Source: Dendrobates tinctorius
Taxonomy: Eukaryota
NCBI RefSeq assembly: GCF_039654945.1
Contig: NW_027361681.1
Span: forward strand, 3,968,001-4,032,000
Reading direction: 5' to 3'
Length of the DNA stretch: 64,000 bases
Within the stretch, counting starts at the first letter, position 1; each line of letters starts with the position of its first letter. Position numbers and translations under genes: made by a program. The notes below the pieces were generated by a model. It was not told where the DNA came from, did not search any database, and saw nothing but the letters and a program-made list of their open reading frames with translations. Shown here in pieces: positions 50,439 through 63,754 of the stretch.

Positions 50439-53400
50439 AATCAGCGGTGTTCTCCAAGCTGTCCTTTAAGGGGATGCTTGAGTTTGGTTTATCCACTCTT
50501 GCGGTGGAGGTTTGCATGGACTCCGGAGCGGAGGGCAATTTTATGTCGTCTGCCTTCGTTTAACGGCACGCAATACCCCTGGTTATGATATCTAAGCCAG
50601 TCACCTTCAGAGTGGTGAACGGCTCGACTCTACCCTCACAGATTACCTACCAGACCGTCCCCTTGATACTCTCGGTGTCTCCATCTCATCAGGAGACGAT
50701 ATCCCTTCTCGTCATGCCCTAGGGTATCGATCAGGTCCTTCTAGGGGTCCCCTGGTTGCGGTATAATTCTCCCCATATCAAGTGGTCCTCGGGGAGAATT
50801 CTCAGTTGGAGTAAATCCTGTGAGGGTAGAAGTCTGAGGGAGTGCGTTCAGGTTGCCTCCACTGAGGTTCCCACAGATCTTTCCTCTCTCCCCAAACACT
50901 ATCGACAGTTTACAGACGTGTTATCCAAGAAGGCAGCGGAGACGCTTCCGCCTCATTGCCCCTATGACTGTCCTATTGACTTTTTGCCTGGTGATGAGAC
51001 TTCCCGGCGTCGAGTCTACCCCTTATCTCTTCCGGAGACAGAGGCCATGTCTCAATACATCAGGGAGAATCTGGCAAGAGGATTCATTAGGAAGTCAGTG
51101 TCACCAGCTGGGGTGGGATTCTTCTTCGTCCTGAAGAAGAATGGAGAGCTACGTCCCTGCATCGATTACAGGGGTCTAAACGCTATCACCGTTAAGAACA
51201 AGTATCCTCTGCCCCTGATATCGGAACTGTTTGATAGATTACGGGGAGCAAGAGTTTTCACCAAATTAGATTTCCGGGGGGCTTATAACCTGATTCGCAT
51301 CCATGAGGGGGACGAATAGAAGACGGCATTTGACAACAGGGATGGCCATTATGAGTACCTGGTCATGCCCTTTGGTCTCTGTAATGCTCCTGCCGTCTTC
51401 CAGGACTTTGTAAATGATATCTTTCGAGATATGCTCTCCGCCTCAGTGGTTGTTTATCTGGATGATATTCTCATGTTCTCTCCAGATATGGACTCCCACC
51501 GGAGAGAAGTTTGCAAAGTCTTCGACCGCTTACGAGCTAACTCCATCCAGGTTGGAGAAGTGCCTGTTTGAGCAGGAGTCCTTGCCTTTCCTGGGCTATA
51601 CTGTATCATCTCTGCCCAGGGTTTGGCTATGGATTCTGCCAAGCTGCAGGCAGTAATGGACTGGCAGGAACCTCACTCTCTCATAGCGGTGCAGCGCTTT
51701 TTGGGGTTCGTTAATTATCACCAGTTCATTCCCCACTTTTCCACATTGGTAGCTCCCTTGGTGGCCCTCACCAAGAAGGGAGCAAATCCCAAGTTGTGGT
51801 GGGAACAGGTCTCCAAGACCTTCTCCTCCATCAAGACCCACTTTGCTAGCGCTCCCATTCTACATCGCCCCAATGTAGATAAGCCGTTCATCTTGGGAGG
51901 TGGATGCCTCTTCCGTCGGTGCCGGAGCGGTCCTCTTCCAGATGGACGCTCAAGGTTGAAAGCAGCCTTGCTTCTTCTTCTCCAAGACCTTTTCACCGGC
52001 GGAGAGGAATTATTCCATCGGAGACAGGGAGTTGCTAGCTATGAAGTTGGCATTTTCGGAGTGGAGACACCACCTGGAGGGGGCCCTGTTCCCCTTCCAG
52101 GTATTTACCGACCACAAGAACTTGGTGTACTTGCAGACAGTCCAGCGGCTAAACTCTCGCCAGGCCAGATGGTCCCTGTTCTTCTCCCGTTTCCACTTTA
52201 CCCTCCACTTTCTCTTTGGGTAGAAGAATGTCCGTGCCAATGCTCTCTCTTGCTCCGTGGTGCCATCCGAGGAGGAGGAGACAGCCTCGGCTGATCATCC
52301 CATCTGAGAACCTGAGGACCGTGACTCCGGTCGCCCTTGAGTCAGTGCCTCCGGGAAAGACATTTGTACCTGCCCATCTACGACCGGTGGTTCTCTCTTG
52401 GGCTCATGTGTCCAGGGTGGGTGGACACTTTGGGACAAAGCGGACATCTGAGCTCCTGGCGAGGACGTACTGGTGGCCGCATATGGCCCGTGATGTCGGA
52501 GACTACATTCGGGCGTGCGTCTCCTGCGCCAAGAATAGGTCTTCTCGGCAGCGGCTTGCTGGGCTACTTTACCCTCTGCCAGTGGCGGACAGGCCCTGGG
52601 AGATGGTTGGCATGGATTTTGTGGTGGGCCTACCCAAATCCAGTGGCAGCACGGTTATTTGGGTTGTCACCAACCATTTCTCTAAAATGGGGCACCTGGT
52701 GCCTCTTGTGATGTACAATGTCTGCAAGATATGTTTTCTGTTGCACTGTGCTAAAAAAATCCTCCATTTTGTAAGAAGCTGCCTGCCAGTGTCTCAGTTA
52801 CATTGCACCCTGCAGCAGCTTCCCTCCCCCCCAGGTGATTATAAATCAATTTCCTGCCACACCATTTGGCTTCTCTCAGCCTCAGCTGAAAGAGAAAAAA
52901 AAGTGCGGGAAATAAACTCTTTGTTTGAAATCAGGAATCAGAAGTAAACCTTTAAGAGCCTGACCTGCGAAAACCATATACCCTAGAGATATAAAAATCA
53001 TATTTTTGTAATCCGGGCGGTCACAGCGTCGCTGCCGTGGTTCTTGCGAAGCCTAATCCTTTCAGAACCTGAGATATGTGTTCCAGCTAAACGGTGTATC
53101 AGAACTACTGCATATTTGGTCTTGAATTATGGTACTCAACAACTCACAACCAATGATGCCCTATATGTGTCTGTGCGGGCTGCCCCCACGGAGTTATGAT
53201 TAGTATAAGTTTTCTAGTGTAATTCTAAATCCAAAAGGGAGAGGTGGGATTAACCCAGCATGCATCTCTCCGTGATGTCACATAGCAAGTCTATAAAGCA
53301 TTTCCTGGACAAAACCAGAGCAGAACAGCTCAAGTCGTCGTGCTAGAAAGATCCCCAGATGAGCGGAGAAGTGCAGCTCCGCCTCCACCCCCCTTAAAGC

Positions 53401-55170
53401 CACATGGGATGCCAACTGACCACATGTGAGTGTGACTTTCTACCATTTTAATCCTTTTATTTTATATCTGTACTGTACCTATTTTATGTCTCAATTTTAT
53501 AGCAACTTTTATCTGTAATCACTGTCCTCTTTCGGAAAATAAATGAAATAATTATTTAGATCTGTCTCCATGCTCTAAGAATCGAACTATACGCCTTTGT
53601 TAGATAATCGCTACTAATTCAAGGGGTTTGCCACGGACCCTCTTAATTTAACACTGTGAATTAAGTAACCGTGACTGGTGGCAGCGCGTTGTGTACGGCT
53701 ATTGCGGCTTGCTGGCAGTCCAGAAGGGTCTTATATTGCTGAATAAGGGTCTGCGGCCACAGCATTGATAATTCCCTTACTGCAGAAGCCTAATTGCCGG
53801 TTCACAACAGGCAGCCCATCCGGCGACCAATTATCCTAGGTGCAGTTCCCTGACTGACCTGAGGGTAAGGGGGGCGCCGGAGAGCTGCGAGTTCCAAAGT
53901 GGAACTGAGAAAGTGGGATATACATAAATCCCCGCAGTACTTGGAAGGTTGATAGCAGTGGTGGGGCATCCAAAATAAACCCCCCTGCGGCAAATTGTAG
54001 AGCGAGAGTAGCTTGCTGGATATTTTGGTCACATGGTGCCAGGGGTGGGATACTAAGATAAGCCCCAACTGTGCCTGTGATAGCCGTGTGCCGGCAGTGT
54101 GTCTCGTCCCTCCGTCCGCTGATACACCCGTGTCAGTGGTGGGACTGTGACATAGTGGTGACACAGGGTCCGCTGTCCGTCGCGTTTTGGTGGCAGCGGG
54201 ACCCCCGTTAGTCGCCCGTAAGTGGACGAACGGCCGTGGGCTGTTCGTCACACCTCTCTCTCGGCTACCTTCTGCACGGGGCCTGGCAGCGTTGTTCATC
54301 AAGCATGTCTTCCGCCTACATGGCATGCCGGACAAGATTGTCAGTGGCCGGGGTCCCCAGTTCGCGTCTCGGTTTTGGAGATAGCTCTGTCGCTTGCTCA
54401 GCATTGAGCTGAATCTCTCCACGGCTTATCGCCCCAAGACGAACGGGTTGGTAGAGAGGGCCAACCAGACCCTGGTCACATACCTACGTCATTTTGTCTT
54501 GGCCAGGCAGGAAGATTGGGCATCCTTGCTGCCGTGGGCGGAGTTCACCTTGAACAACGCTGTGGCCGACTCCACCGGTCAGACCCCATTCCTCCTTAAT
54601 TACGGCCAGCATCCGCGTGTCCCTGTGCCCATGCCCGTGTCATCCACTGACTCTAGGGTGGCAGACTGGGCGATGGAGGCACGTGATATTTGGGACCGCA
54701 CTTAGGATGCCATCCGGGCCTCCAAGGAGAGAATTAGGTTTTCCGCGGACGCACACCGGTGCCCGGCTCCGACCTTCGCTCCTGGCGACTTAGTGTGCCT
54801 CTCCGCCCATAACATCAGGCTGCGGGTTGAGTCCACTAAGATTGCACCTCGGTACATAGGCCCCTTCAAAGTCCTCGAACAGGTCAACCCTGTGGTCTAC
54901 CGGCTGGCGCTTTCTCCACGCCTGGGGATCACCGACACCTTCCACGTTTCCCTCCTTAAACCCGTCCACGTGTCCCGGTTTTCCGAGTCATCTGTTGGGA
55001 CATCAGGCTCCTCCTCTGACGAGTCTGAGGCAGAGGCCATTGTGGGGTGCCAGGTGGTGCGTGGCAAAAAATATTATCTGGTGGACTGGGAAGGGTCATG
55101 GCCCAGAGGACAATACCTGGGAACCTATGGAGAACATCCGTGCTCCACTACTCATTGCGGCCTTTGAGTA
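50430..55170 (+). pseudogene. Disrupted pol (PR-RT-RH-IN-chromo), interrupted by a nested solo LTR
   Basis: Fragments 50381-50563, 50756-51319, 51365-51571, 52032-52223, 52216-52706, 54258-54705, 54793-55167. Confidence 0.9.
52707..54252. mobile_element. Nested solo LTR of a different family, 1546 bp, inside the integrase
   Basis: TGTGATGTAC...GTTCGTCACA termini; TSD CCTCT (52702-52706 and 54253-54257); the integrase reads HLVP before the insert and LSRLPSA after it; internal TATAAA near 53293 and AATAAA near 53538. Confidence 0.9.
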
Positions 55171-55732
55171 TAGCGAGGCCCAAGGGGGGGGGGTAATGTT
55201 AGGCGTTGAGTTTCCCCCACTGCACAGGGGGAATCTCAAGCCATGTCCTCTGCGGTCTCCCATTTTTCTGCGGCCGCAGAGATTCCTGCTCAGAAAAGGC
55301 ATCGGTCCCAGCATCTTGCCTGGGATAGTGCTAGGCGTCTGGTTGCTCCTTCACACTCAGCTATAACACATTGCTTGAGTCAGCAGCGAGCAGACGCTCC
55401 TGGGACTATGTCCTGTCTTTCTCTTGCTGAGCATGCCTGTGGGACGACCGCTCATTGGAGGTCGGAGGTCACATGCGCTGGTCTTGTTCCTGCTCCGATT
55501 GGACCACTGGGAAGGTCCCGGAAGGACGCCGCTATAAAAGAGTCGCATGGCCGCTCGGCCATTCGCTAGTATAGACTTTTATTGCTATGTGTGTGTGTGT
55601 GTGATGATGGATGCTTGGAATTGGTGACTGACTCATTAAGACTCCCTCCCTCTGGTTGTGCTTGTTTGTAGGGTCTTATTAGTGGCTTCCTCTTGCGCCA
55701 CTGTGCTACCACATCACAGCACCTCTCTCAGC

Positions 55733-55997
55733 ACAATAAAACAGAAAAAATACAGGGAAAAACAGAATGCCTCACCGTGTCAATGTGCCTGGTAGCCTTG
55801 AATTTGCCAGCAGCGATTCAAAAAATTCCGTCTGATCGTCGGATCACAATGAGAGGAAGAAAAAAGTTGTCGGATCACACAGCTGAATAATCAAAAACAA
55901 TTCTTGTTTTTTTCACACCATCATAAAAACGAGTAGATATAGTCACATTCTTATGCTTTTCTGGCTATCAGCCCTTAGTCATAGAATTCTATAAAGG
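55733..55997 (-). mobile_element. 265-bp insertion in the 3' LTR, possibly a Penelope-like fragment
   Basis: Absent from the 5' LTR; flanked by duplicated c(t/a)ctcagc; contains a hammerhead-like motif. The family assignment is tentative. Confidence 0.55.
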
Positions 55998-56522
55998 CAC
56001 TCAGCGCCATACTGTGCCGTTCTGCCCTAGGCACCTCCGTACCGCATTAAGCGGCTGCATCCGCCAGTGCGGTGCTGTGCACAAGTCTAGCGCTTTCCTC
56101 CCTAGTCAGGGTGGTTAGGGGCGTCCGCCAGAGTGGTGCCGTGCACACGTAGTGCGCTTTATCTATTTGTGTCTTCCTGGCACCGCAGTTGCGGTGCCGA
56201 GCACTAGTGTGACTAGAGGGACCTTAACCCAGTGTTTCAGGGGCAGAGTCCTGTGACTATACACCAACGCTCACATTGCTGATCCCTGTGAGCATAAACA
56301 GGCTATGTCATTTATATTTAGTGGTCGTGCGACTCTGTGAGGTAACAGAGTCCGCCTCTGTACACGCTGGGTGAAGGTAACCCCGTGTGTTCCTCTATTA
56401 TACCGCCATATAACGTCTGCCATTACTGAGCAGCAGTTAACATCTCTGCACGGTGGACCCCAGGCTGCGAATGCACCTAAATTCCATCTTTATTATTTGG
56501 TGTGTTCCGCCAGCCCCTAACA

Positions 56523-57962
56523 ATATATGAAAGACTGAGGAGTGTATTATACTATATGGAGGACTATAGGGAGTGTATTATACTATATGAAGGACTATAG
56601 GGAGTGTATTATACTATATGGAGGACTATAGGGAGTGTATTATACTATATGGAGGGACTATAGGGAGTGTATTATACTATATGAAGGACTATAGGGAGTG
56701 TATTATACTATATGGAGGGACTATAGTGAGTGTATTATACTATATGAAGGACTATAGGGAGTGTATTATACTATATGGAGGACTATAGGGAGTGTATTAT
56801 ACTATATGAAGGACTATAGGGAGTGTATTATACTATATGGAGGATTATAGGGAGTGTATTATACTATATGGAGGGACTATGGGGAGTGTATTATACTATA
56901 TGAAGGACTATAGGGAGTGTGTTATGCTATATGGAAGACTATGGGGAGTGCATTATACTATATGGGTACGTGCACACACTGCGGATTGCAGTGCGGATTT
57001 GGCGGCGCGGATTTTGTAAAATCCGCAGGTAAATCTGCAGGTCAAAAGACCTGCGGTTTTACCTGTGGATTGCTCTGCGGATTTGCCCTGCGGTTTTTCA
57101 TCTCCTCAATGGAGGAGATGGCAAACCGCAGCGGAATCCGCAGAAAGAATTGACATGTCTCAAAACTGCGGAAAAATCCGCACCGTCTGTACTGCAGTTT
57201 TTTATTCTCATAGGGAATAATGATACTGTACACCGCAGCAAAAACTGCTGCGGCCCCGCAGTGGCCTAAGGGTGTGTGCACACGCTGCGGATTCTGCTGC
57301 GATTCCGCAGCGGATTTGGCCTCTGCGGATCCGCAGCAGTTTCTGCTGCGGTGTACAGTACCATGATTCCCTATGGGAATAAAAAACCACAGTGCAGACG
57401 GTGCAGAATTTTCCGCGCGGATAATCTGTGGTTTTCAATCCGCAGAAAGAATTGACATGTCAATTCTTTCTGCGGATTCCGCTGCAGTTTGCCATCTCCT
57501 CCATTGTGGAGATGAAAAACCGCAGAGCAATCCGCAGGTAAAACCGCAGGTCTTTTGACTTGCAGATTTACCTGCGGATTTTACAAAATCCGCGCGGCCA
57601 AATCCGCACCCCAATCCGCAGTGTGTGCACACATACTCTAATCCGCTGCGGAACCGCAGCAGAATCCGCGGCTGAATCCGCATCGTGTGCACACATATGG
57701 AGGACTATGAGGCACATTGCATTATATGGAGGACTATGGGGTGTGCATTTTACAATATGGAGGACTGTGGTGCACATTATAATATATGGAGGACTATGGG
57801 GTGTATTATACTATATGGAGGACTATGGGGAGTGTATTATACTATATGGAGAGCTATGAGGAGTGTATTATACTATACTGAGGACTATGGGGTGTGCATT
57901 TTACAATATGGAGGACTGTGGTGCACATTATAATATATGGAGGACTATGGGGTGTATTATAC
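56523..57962. repeat. 31/32-bp minisatellite (ggactatagggagtgtattatactatatgga) interrupted by nested palindromic MITEs at about 56964-57695
   Basis: Tandem periodicity; inverted arms 56970-57160 versus 57445-57632. Confidence 0.88.
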
Positions 57963-58109
57963 TAAAAAAGCAAAATGTTGGATATTCATTGAGTGATTGG
58001 ATTGTTTATGCTGGAACACAAATCATTGTTCTCAGCAGCACAGTGCTCAGAGAATACTGCAGATGTGCTGCTGATAACATGATACTGTATGGGGACAGAC
58101 TGATCTAAA

Positions 58110-58768
58110 GGCCCCGTCACACTAAGCGACTCACAAGCGATCCCGACACCGATATGAAGGTGTCAGAATTGCTGGTAAGTCGCTATGTGATCGCTGGTGA
58201 GCTGTCACACAGACAGCTTCACCAGCGATCAGCACAGCGATGCCGAGCGCCCGGCATCGCTGGCTATCGCTGTAGAAAATAGTATCAAAATAAAAAATAT
58301 TGTTATTCTCACCTTCCGACGTCCCGTTCAGCCATCCTGCCTCTCTCCACGCTCCGGTCCCAGTGATCCTTTGCACGAATGACCGCGAGATGTCACGGTC
58401 TCGCGGGATAACAAAGTCTCGCGGTCATTCATGCAAAGGATCACTGGGGCCGGAGCGTGGAGAGAGGCCGGATTGCTGAACGGGACATCGGAAGGTGAGA
58501 ATAACTATATTTTTTATTTTTTTTATTATTTTTTACACCTGATCGCTGGTCTCCCGCTGTCACACACAGCGATGCGTGCTGGCCAGCGGGAGACCAGCGA
58601 CCAAAGAAATGTCCAGAGGTTTCTTGCAGCGATCAGCGATACCGGCAGGGGGGCCGCTCGCTGATCGCTGTCACACACAGCGATGTCGCTGGTGAGATCG
58701 CTGTTACGTCACAAAAGTTGTGACTCAGCAGCGATCTCGCTACCGAGATTGCTTAGTGAGACGGGGCC
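58110..58768. mobile_element. Long palindromic MITE
   Basis: TIR ggccccgtcacactaagc / gcttagtgagacggggcc; near-continuous inverted arms around a centre near 58405. Confidence 0.85.
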
Positions 58769-58772
58769 TTAA

Positions 58773-59058
58773 GGCTGGGTTCATACTGCGTTTAGGCAGT
58801 CCGCTTAAAGGATTGCGTTACACCGCATCATAATGCTATATAACACATCTGTTAACGCTGCCATTACCGAGTGCATCGCTAACGCATGTCATAATCGGCA
58901 TGCGTTAGCGATGTGCCGTCACTCTGTGATGGACCCTCGGACGCGGTCTGCAGCATCTGAGGGTCCGTCACTGCTAGCGCAGATGAAGCATCTGCACTAG
59001 CGGTATAGCAGAACACGATCATTAAAGGCAGTAGGGTTAACGCAGTATGAACCTGGCC
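58773..59058. mobile_element. MITE, Harbinger-like
   Basis: ggctgggttcatactgcgtt ... aacgcagtatgaacctggcc, TAA TSD. Confidence 0.85.
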
Positions 59059-59489
59059 TAATAGTGATTGGTTCTGTCCCCATCATTCTTTCTCAGACGG
59101 TGGAAAGAGGACGGGAAACGAAGGTTGAACGACTTCAGTATTGTCGATCACACTCATTTAGCGGCCTGAACTCAGCGCATATAAATACAACCGAAATGCT
59201 TCTGTGTGATGTGCAATATGTTAGTATTTGGGGCCCATTTTAAGCTTTGCCTAGGGCCCCACGTTGCCTAGAACCGGCCCTGGTGTTATGAGAAGGTTAC
59301 ATTGTAGCAGGGTGTAGTAAAGCATTGTAATATAATTGTTACTGTAAACTCCGTAGTAACGTACAGTAAATATACAAGGGTCAGTCCGCCCTGTGTCTGG
59401 CCAGTGGCTACGTTGTGCACAGCTGATCACGAGGAGTCGAGGACTCTATATTCCATATCCAAAATCCATTCCCAGACCCATTCAGGCCA

Positions 59490-59658
59490 GGTTACGCTGT
59501 GGTTACCACGTGATCAACTTCAGCCAATCAGCATAAGTCTAAGAACATTCTCCGGCTGAGGCATGTGTCAGTCCTCTTTGCACAGAGGCGGAGTTTCCTG
59601 GGGGCTGATAACCCGGAAGAGGTTGCAAATTATTTATAGATGCTGCACGCTGGTAAGT
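59490..59658 (+). promoter_or_regulatory. Probable promoter and short first exon of an unidentified downstream gene
   Basis: E-box CACGTG 59507, AGCCAATCAG 59522, GGCGGAG, ETS CCGGAAG 59613, then a consensus donor CTG|GTAAGT at 59653. Confidence 0.55.
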
Positions 59659-62600
59659 AATGTACTCACTGTGACGTCACCAGTGTACACATATACAGGC
59701 GTGTAAATGCTGGTGAGTATGTGGAATGTGACGTCACCAGTGTACATATATATACAGGCGTGTAACTGCTGGTGAGTATATGGAATGTGACGTCCCCAGT
59801 GTACACATATACAGGCGTGTAACTGCTGGTGAGTATATGGAATGTGACGTCACCAGTGTACACATATACAGGCGTGTAAATGCTGGTGAGTATATGGAAT
59901 GTGACGTCACCAGTGTACATATATATACAGGCGTGTAACTGCTGGTGAGTATGTGGAATGTGACGTCACCAGTGTACATATATACAGGCGTGTAACTGCT
60001 GGTGAGTATGTGGAATGTGACGTCACCAGTGTACATATATATACAGGCGTGTAACTGCTGGTGAGTATATGGAATGTGACGTCCCCAGTGTACACATATA
60101 CAGGCGTGTAACTGCTGGTGAGTATATGGAATGTGACGTCACCAGTGTACACATATACAGGCGTGTAAATGCTGGTGAGTATATGGAATGTGACGTCACC
60201 AGTGTACATATATATACAGGCGTGTAACTGCTGGTGAGTATGTGGAATGTGACGTCACCAGTGTACATATATACAGGCGTGTAACTGCTGGTGAGTATAT
60301 GGAATGTGACGTCCCCAGTGTACACATATACAGGCGTGTAACTGCTGGTGAGTATATGGAATGTGACGTCACCAGTGTACACATATACAGGCGTGTAAAT
60401 GCTGGTGAGTATATGGAATGTGACGTCACCAGTGTACATATATATACAGGCGTGTAACTGCTGGTGAGTATGTGGAATGTGACGTCACCAGTGTACATAT
60501 ATACAGGCGTGTAACTGCTGGTGAGTATGTGGAATGTGACGTCACCAGTGTACATATATATACAGGCGTGTAACTGCTGGTGAGTATATGGAATGTGACG
60601 TCCCCAGTGTACACATATACAGGCGTGTAACTGCTGGCGAGTATATGGAATGTGACGTCACCAGTGTACATATATATACAGGCGTGTAACTGCTGGTGAG
60701 TATATGGAATGTGACGTCACCAGTGTACACATATACAGGCGTGTAAATGCTGGTGAGTATGTGGAATGTGACGTCACCAGTGTACATATATATACAGGCG
60801 TGTAACTGCTGGTGAGTATATGGAATGTGACGTCACCAGTGTACACATATACAGGCGTGTAAATGCTGGTGAGTATGTGGAATGTGACGTCACCAGTGTA
60901 CATATATACAGGCGTGTAACTGCTGGTGAGTATGTGGAATGTGACGTCACCAGTGTACATATATATACAGGCGTGTAACTGCTGGTGAGTATATGGAATG
61001 TGACGTCACCAGTGTACACATATACAGGCGTGTAAATGCTGGTGAGTATGTGGAATGTGACGTCACCAGTGTACATATATATACAGGCGTGTAACTGCTG
61101 GTGAGTATATGGAATGTGACGTCACCAGTGTACACATATACAGGCGTGTAAATGCTGGTGAGTATATGGAATGTGACGTCGCCAGTGTACACATATACAG
61201 GCGTGTAAATGCTGGTGAGTATATGGAATGTGACGTCACCAGTGTACATATATACAGGAGTGTAACTGCTGGTGAGTATATGGAATGTGACGTCACCAGT
61301 GTACACATATACAGGCGTGTAACTGCTGGCGAGTATATGGAATGTGACGTCACCAGTGTACACATATACAGGCGTGTAAATGCTGGTGAGTATATGGAAT
61401 GTGACGTCACCAGTGTACATATATACAGGCATGTAACTGCTGGTGAGTATATGGAATGTGACGTCACCAGTGTACACATATACAGGCGTGTAAATGCTGG
61501 TGAGTATGTGGAATGTGACGTCACCAGTGTACATATATATACAGGCGTGTAACTGCTGGTGAGTATGTGGAATGTGACGTCACCAGTGTACACATATACA
61601 GGCGTGTAAATGCTGGTGAGTATGTGGAATGTGACGTCACCAGTGTACATATATACAGGCGTGTAACTGCTGGTGAGTATGTGGAATGTGACGTCACCAG
61701 TGTACATATATATACAGGCGTGTAACTGCTGGTGAGTATATGGAATGTGACGTCCCCAGTGTACACATATACAGGCGTGTAACTGCTGGTGAGTATATGG
61801 AATGTGACGTCACCAGTGTACACATATACAGGCGTGTAAATGCTGGTGAGTATATGGAATGTGACGTCACCAGTGTACATATATATACAGGCGTGTAACT
61901 GCTGGTGAGTATGTGGAATGTGACGTCACCAGTGTACATATATACAGGCGTGTAACTGCTGGTGAGTATGTGGAATGTGACGTCACCAGTGTACATATAT
62001 ATACAGGCGTGTAACTGCTGGTGAGTATATGGAATGTGACGTCCCCAGTGTACACATATACAGGCGTGTAACTGCTGGCGAGTATATGGAATGTGACGTC
62101 ACCAGTGTACATATATATACAGGCGTGTAACTGCTGGTGAGTATATGGAATGTGACGTCACCAGTGTACACATATACAGGCGTGTAAATGCTGGTGAGTA
62201 TGTGGAATGTGACGTCACCAGTGTACATATATATACAGGCGTGTAACTGCTGGTGAGTATATGGAATGTGACGTCACCAGTGTACACATATACAGGCGTG
62301 TAACTGCTGGTGAGTATATGGAATGTGACGTCGCCAGTGTACATATATACAGGCGTGTAACTGCTGGTGAGTATATGGAATGTGACGTCACCAGTGTACA
62401 TATATACAGGCGTGTAACTGCTGGTGAGTATATGCAATGTGACGTCACCAGTGTACATATATACAGGCGTGTAACTGGTAAGTATGTGGGATGTGACGTC
62501 ACAGGGTACATATATACAGGAGTGTAAATGCAGGTGAGTATGTGGAATGTGACGTCACCAGTGTACATATATACAGGCGTGTAACTGCTGGTGAGTATGT

Positions 62601-63670
62601 GGAATGTGACGTCACCAGTGTACATATATATACAGGCGTGTAACTGCTGGTGAGTATATGGAATGTGACGTCCCCAGTGTACACATATACAGGCGTGTAA
62701 CTGCTGGCGAGTATATGGAATGTGACGTCACCAGTGTACATATATATACAGGCGTGTAACTGCTGGTGAGTATATGGAATGTGACGTCACCAGTGTACAC
62801 ATATACAGGCGTGTAAATGCTGGTGAGTATGTGGAATGTGACGTCACCAGTGTACACATATACAGGCGTGTAAATGCTGGTGAGTATATGGAATGTGACG
62901 TCACCAGTGTACACATATACAGGCGTGTAACTGCTGGTGAGTATATGGAATGTGACGTCGCCAGTGTACATATATACAGGCGTGTAACTGCTGGTGAGTA
63001 TATGGAATGTGACGTCACCAGTGTACATATATACAGGCGTGTAACTGCTGGTGAGTATATGCAATGTGACGTCACCAGTGTACATATATACAGGCGTGTA
63101 ACTGGTAAGTATGTGGGATGTGACGTCACAGGGTACATATATACAGGAGTGTAAATGCAGGTGAGTATGTGGGATGTGACATGACCAGTGTACATATATG
63201 CAGGAGTGTAACTGGTGAGTGTGTGGGATGTGATGTCACCAGTGTACAATATACAGGCGTGTAACTGCAGGTGAGTATATGGAATGTGACGTCACCAGTA
63301 TACATATATACAGGCGTGTAACTGCTGGTGAGTATATGGAATGTGACGTCACCAGTGTACATATATGCAGGAGTGTAACTGGTAAGTATGTGGGATGTGA
63401 TGTCTCCAGTGTATATATATGCAGGAGTGTAACTGGTGAGTGGGATGTGATGTCACAGGGTACATATATACAGGAGTGTAACTGCAGGTGATTATGTGGG
63501 ATGTGACATCACCAGTGTACATATATACAGGAGTGTAACTGGTGAGTGTGTGGGATGTGACGTCACAGTGTACACATATACAGGAGTGTAACTGCTGGTG
63601 AGTGTGTGCAGGCTGTGATGTCACTAGTGTACATATGTACAGGAGTGTAACTGGTGAGTGTGTGGGATGT
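59650..63670. repeat. Minisatellite, 57/59-bp unit (gctggtgagtatatggaatgtgacgtcaccagtgtacacatatacaggcgtgtaact), about 70 copies
   Basis: Direct tandem periodicity; decays toward the right end. Confidence 0.98.
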
Positions 63671-63754
63671 GCTGTAAATGTTTTCCTAATAACTTGGGAA
63701 AGTTATGAAATGTGTTATAAGTGTCTGTTCTGTTCCTGATCTGGGCTTCTAGCT

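Larger units (their letters stand above)
48542..56522 (+). mobile_element. Full-length but decayed Ty3/Gypsy chromovirus (Tf1/sushi group) LTR retrotransposon
   Basis: 5' LTR 48542-49549, 3' LTR 55197-56522, TSD ATATA (48537-48541 and 56523-56527), poly-G PPT 55184-55193; gag, protease (MDSGAEGNF), RT ([24 protein letters not shown]), RNase H (FTDHKNL), integrase (GHFG...CVSC, GMDFVVGLP, NGLVERANQ), chromodomain (YLVDW, TWEP); many stops and frameshifts. Confidence 0.96.

Noticed and set aside
59640-59652. ATG CTG CAC GCT G as the coding start of a named gene
   Set aside because: Four codons are too few to identify a gene; the exon may be non-coding, so no symbol was assigned.
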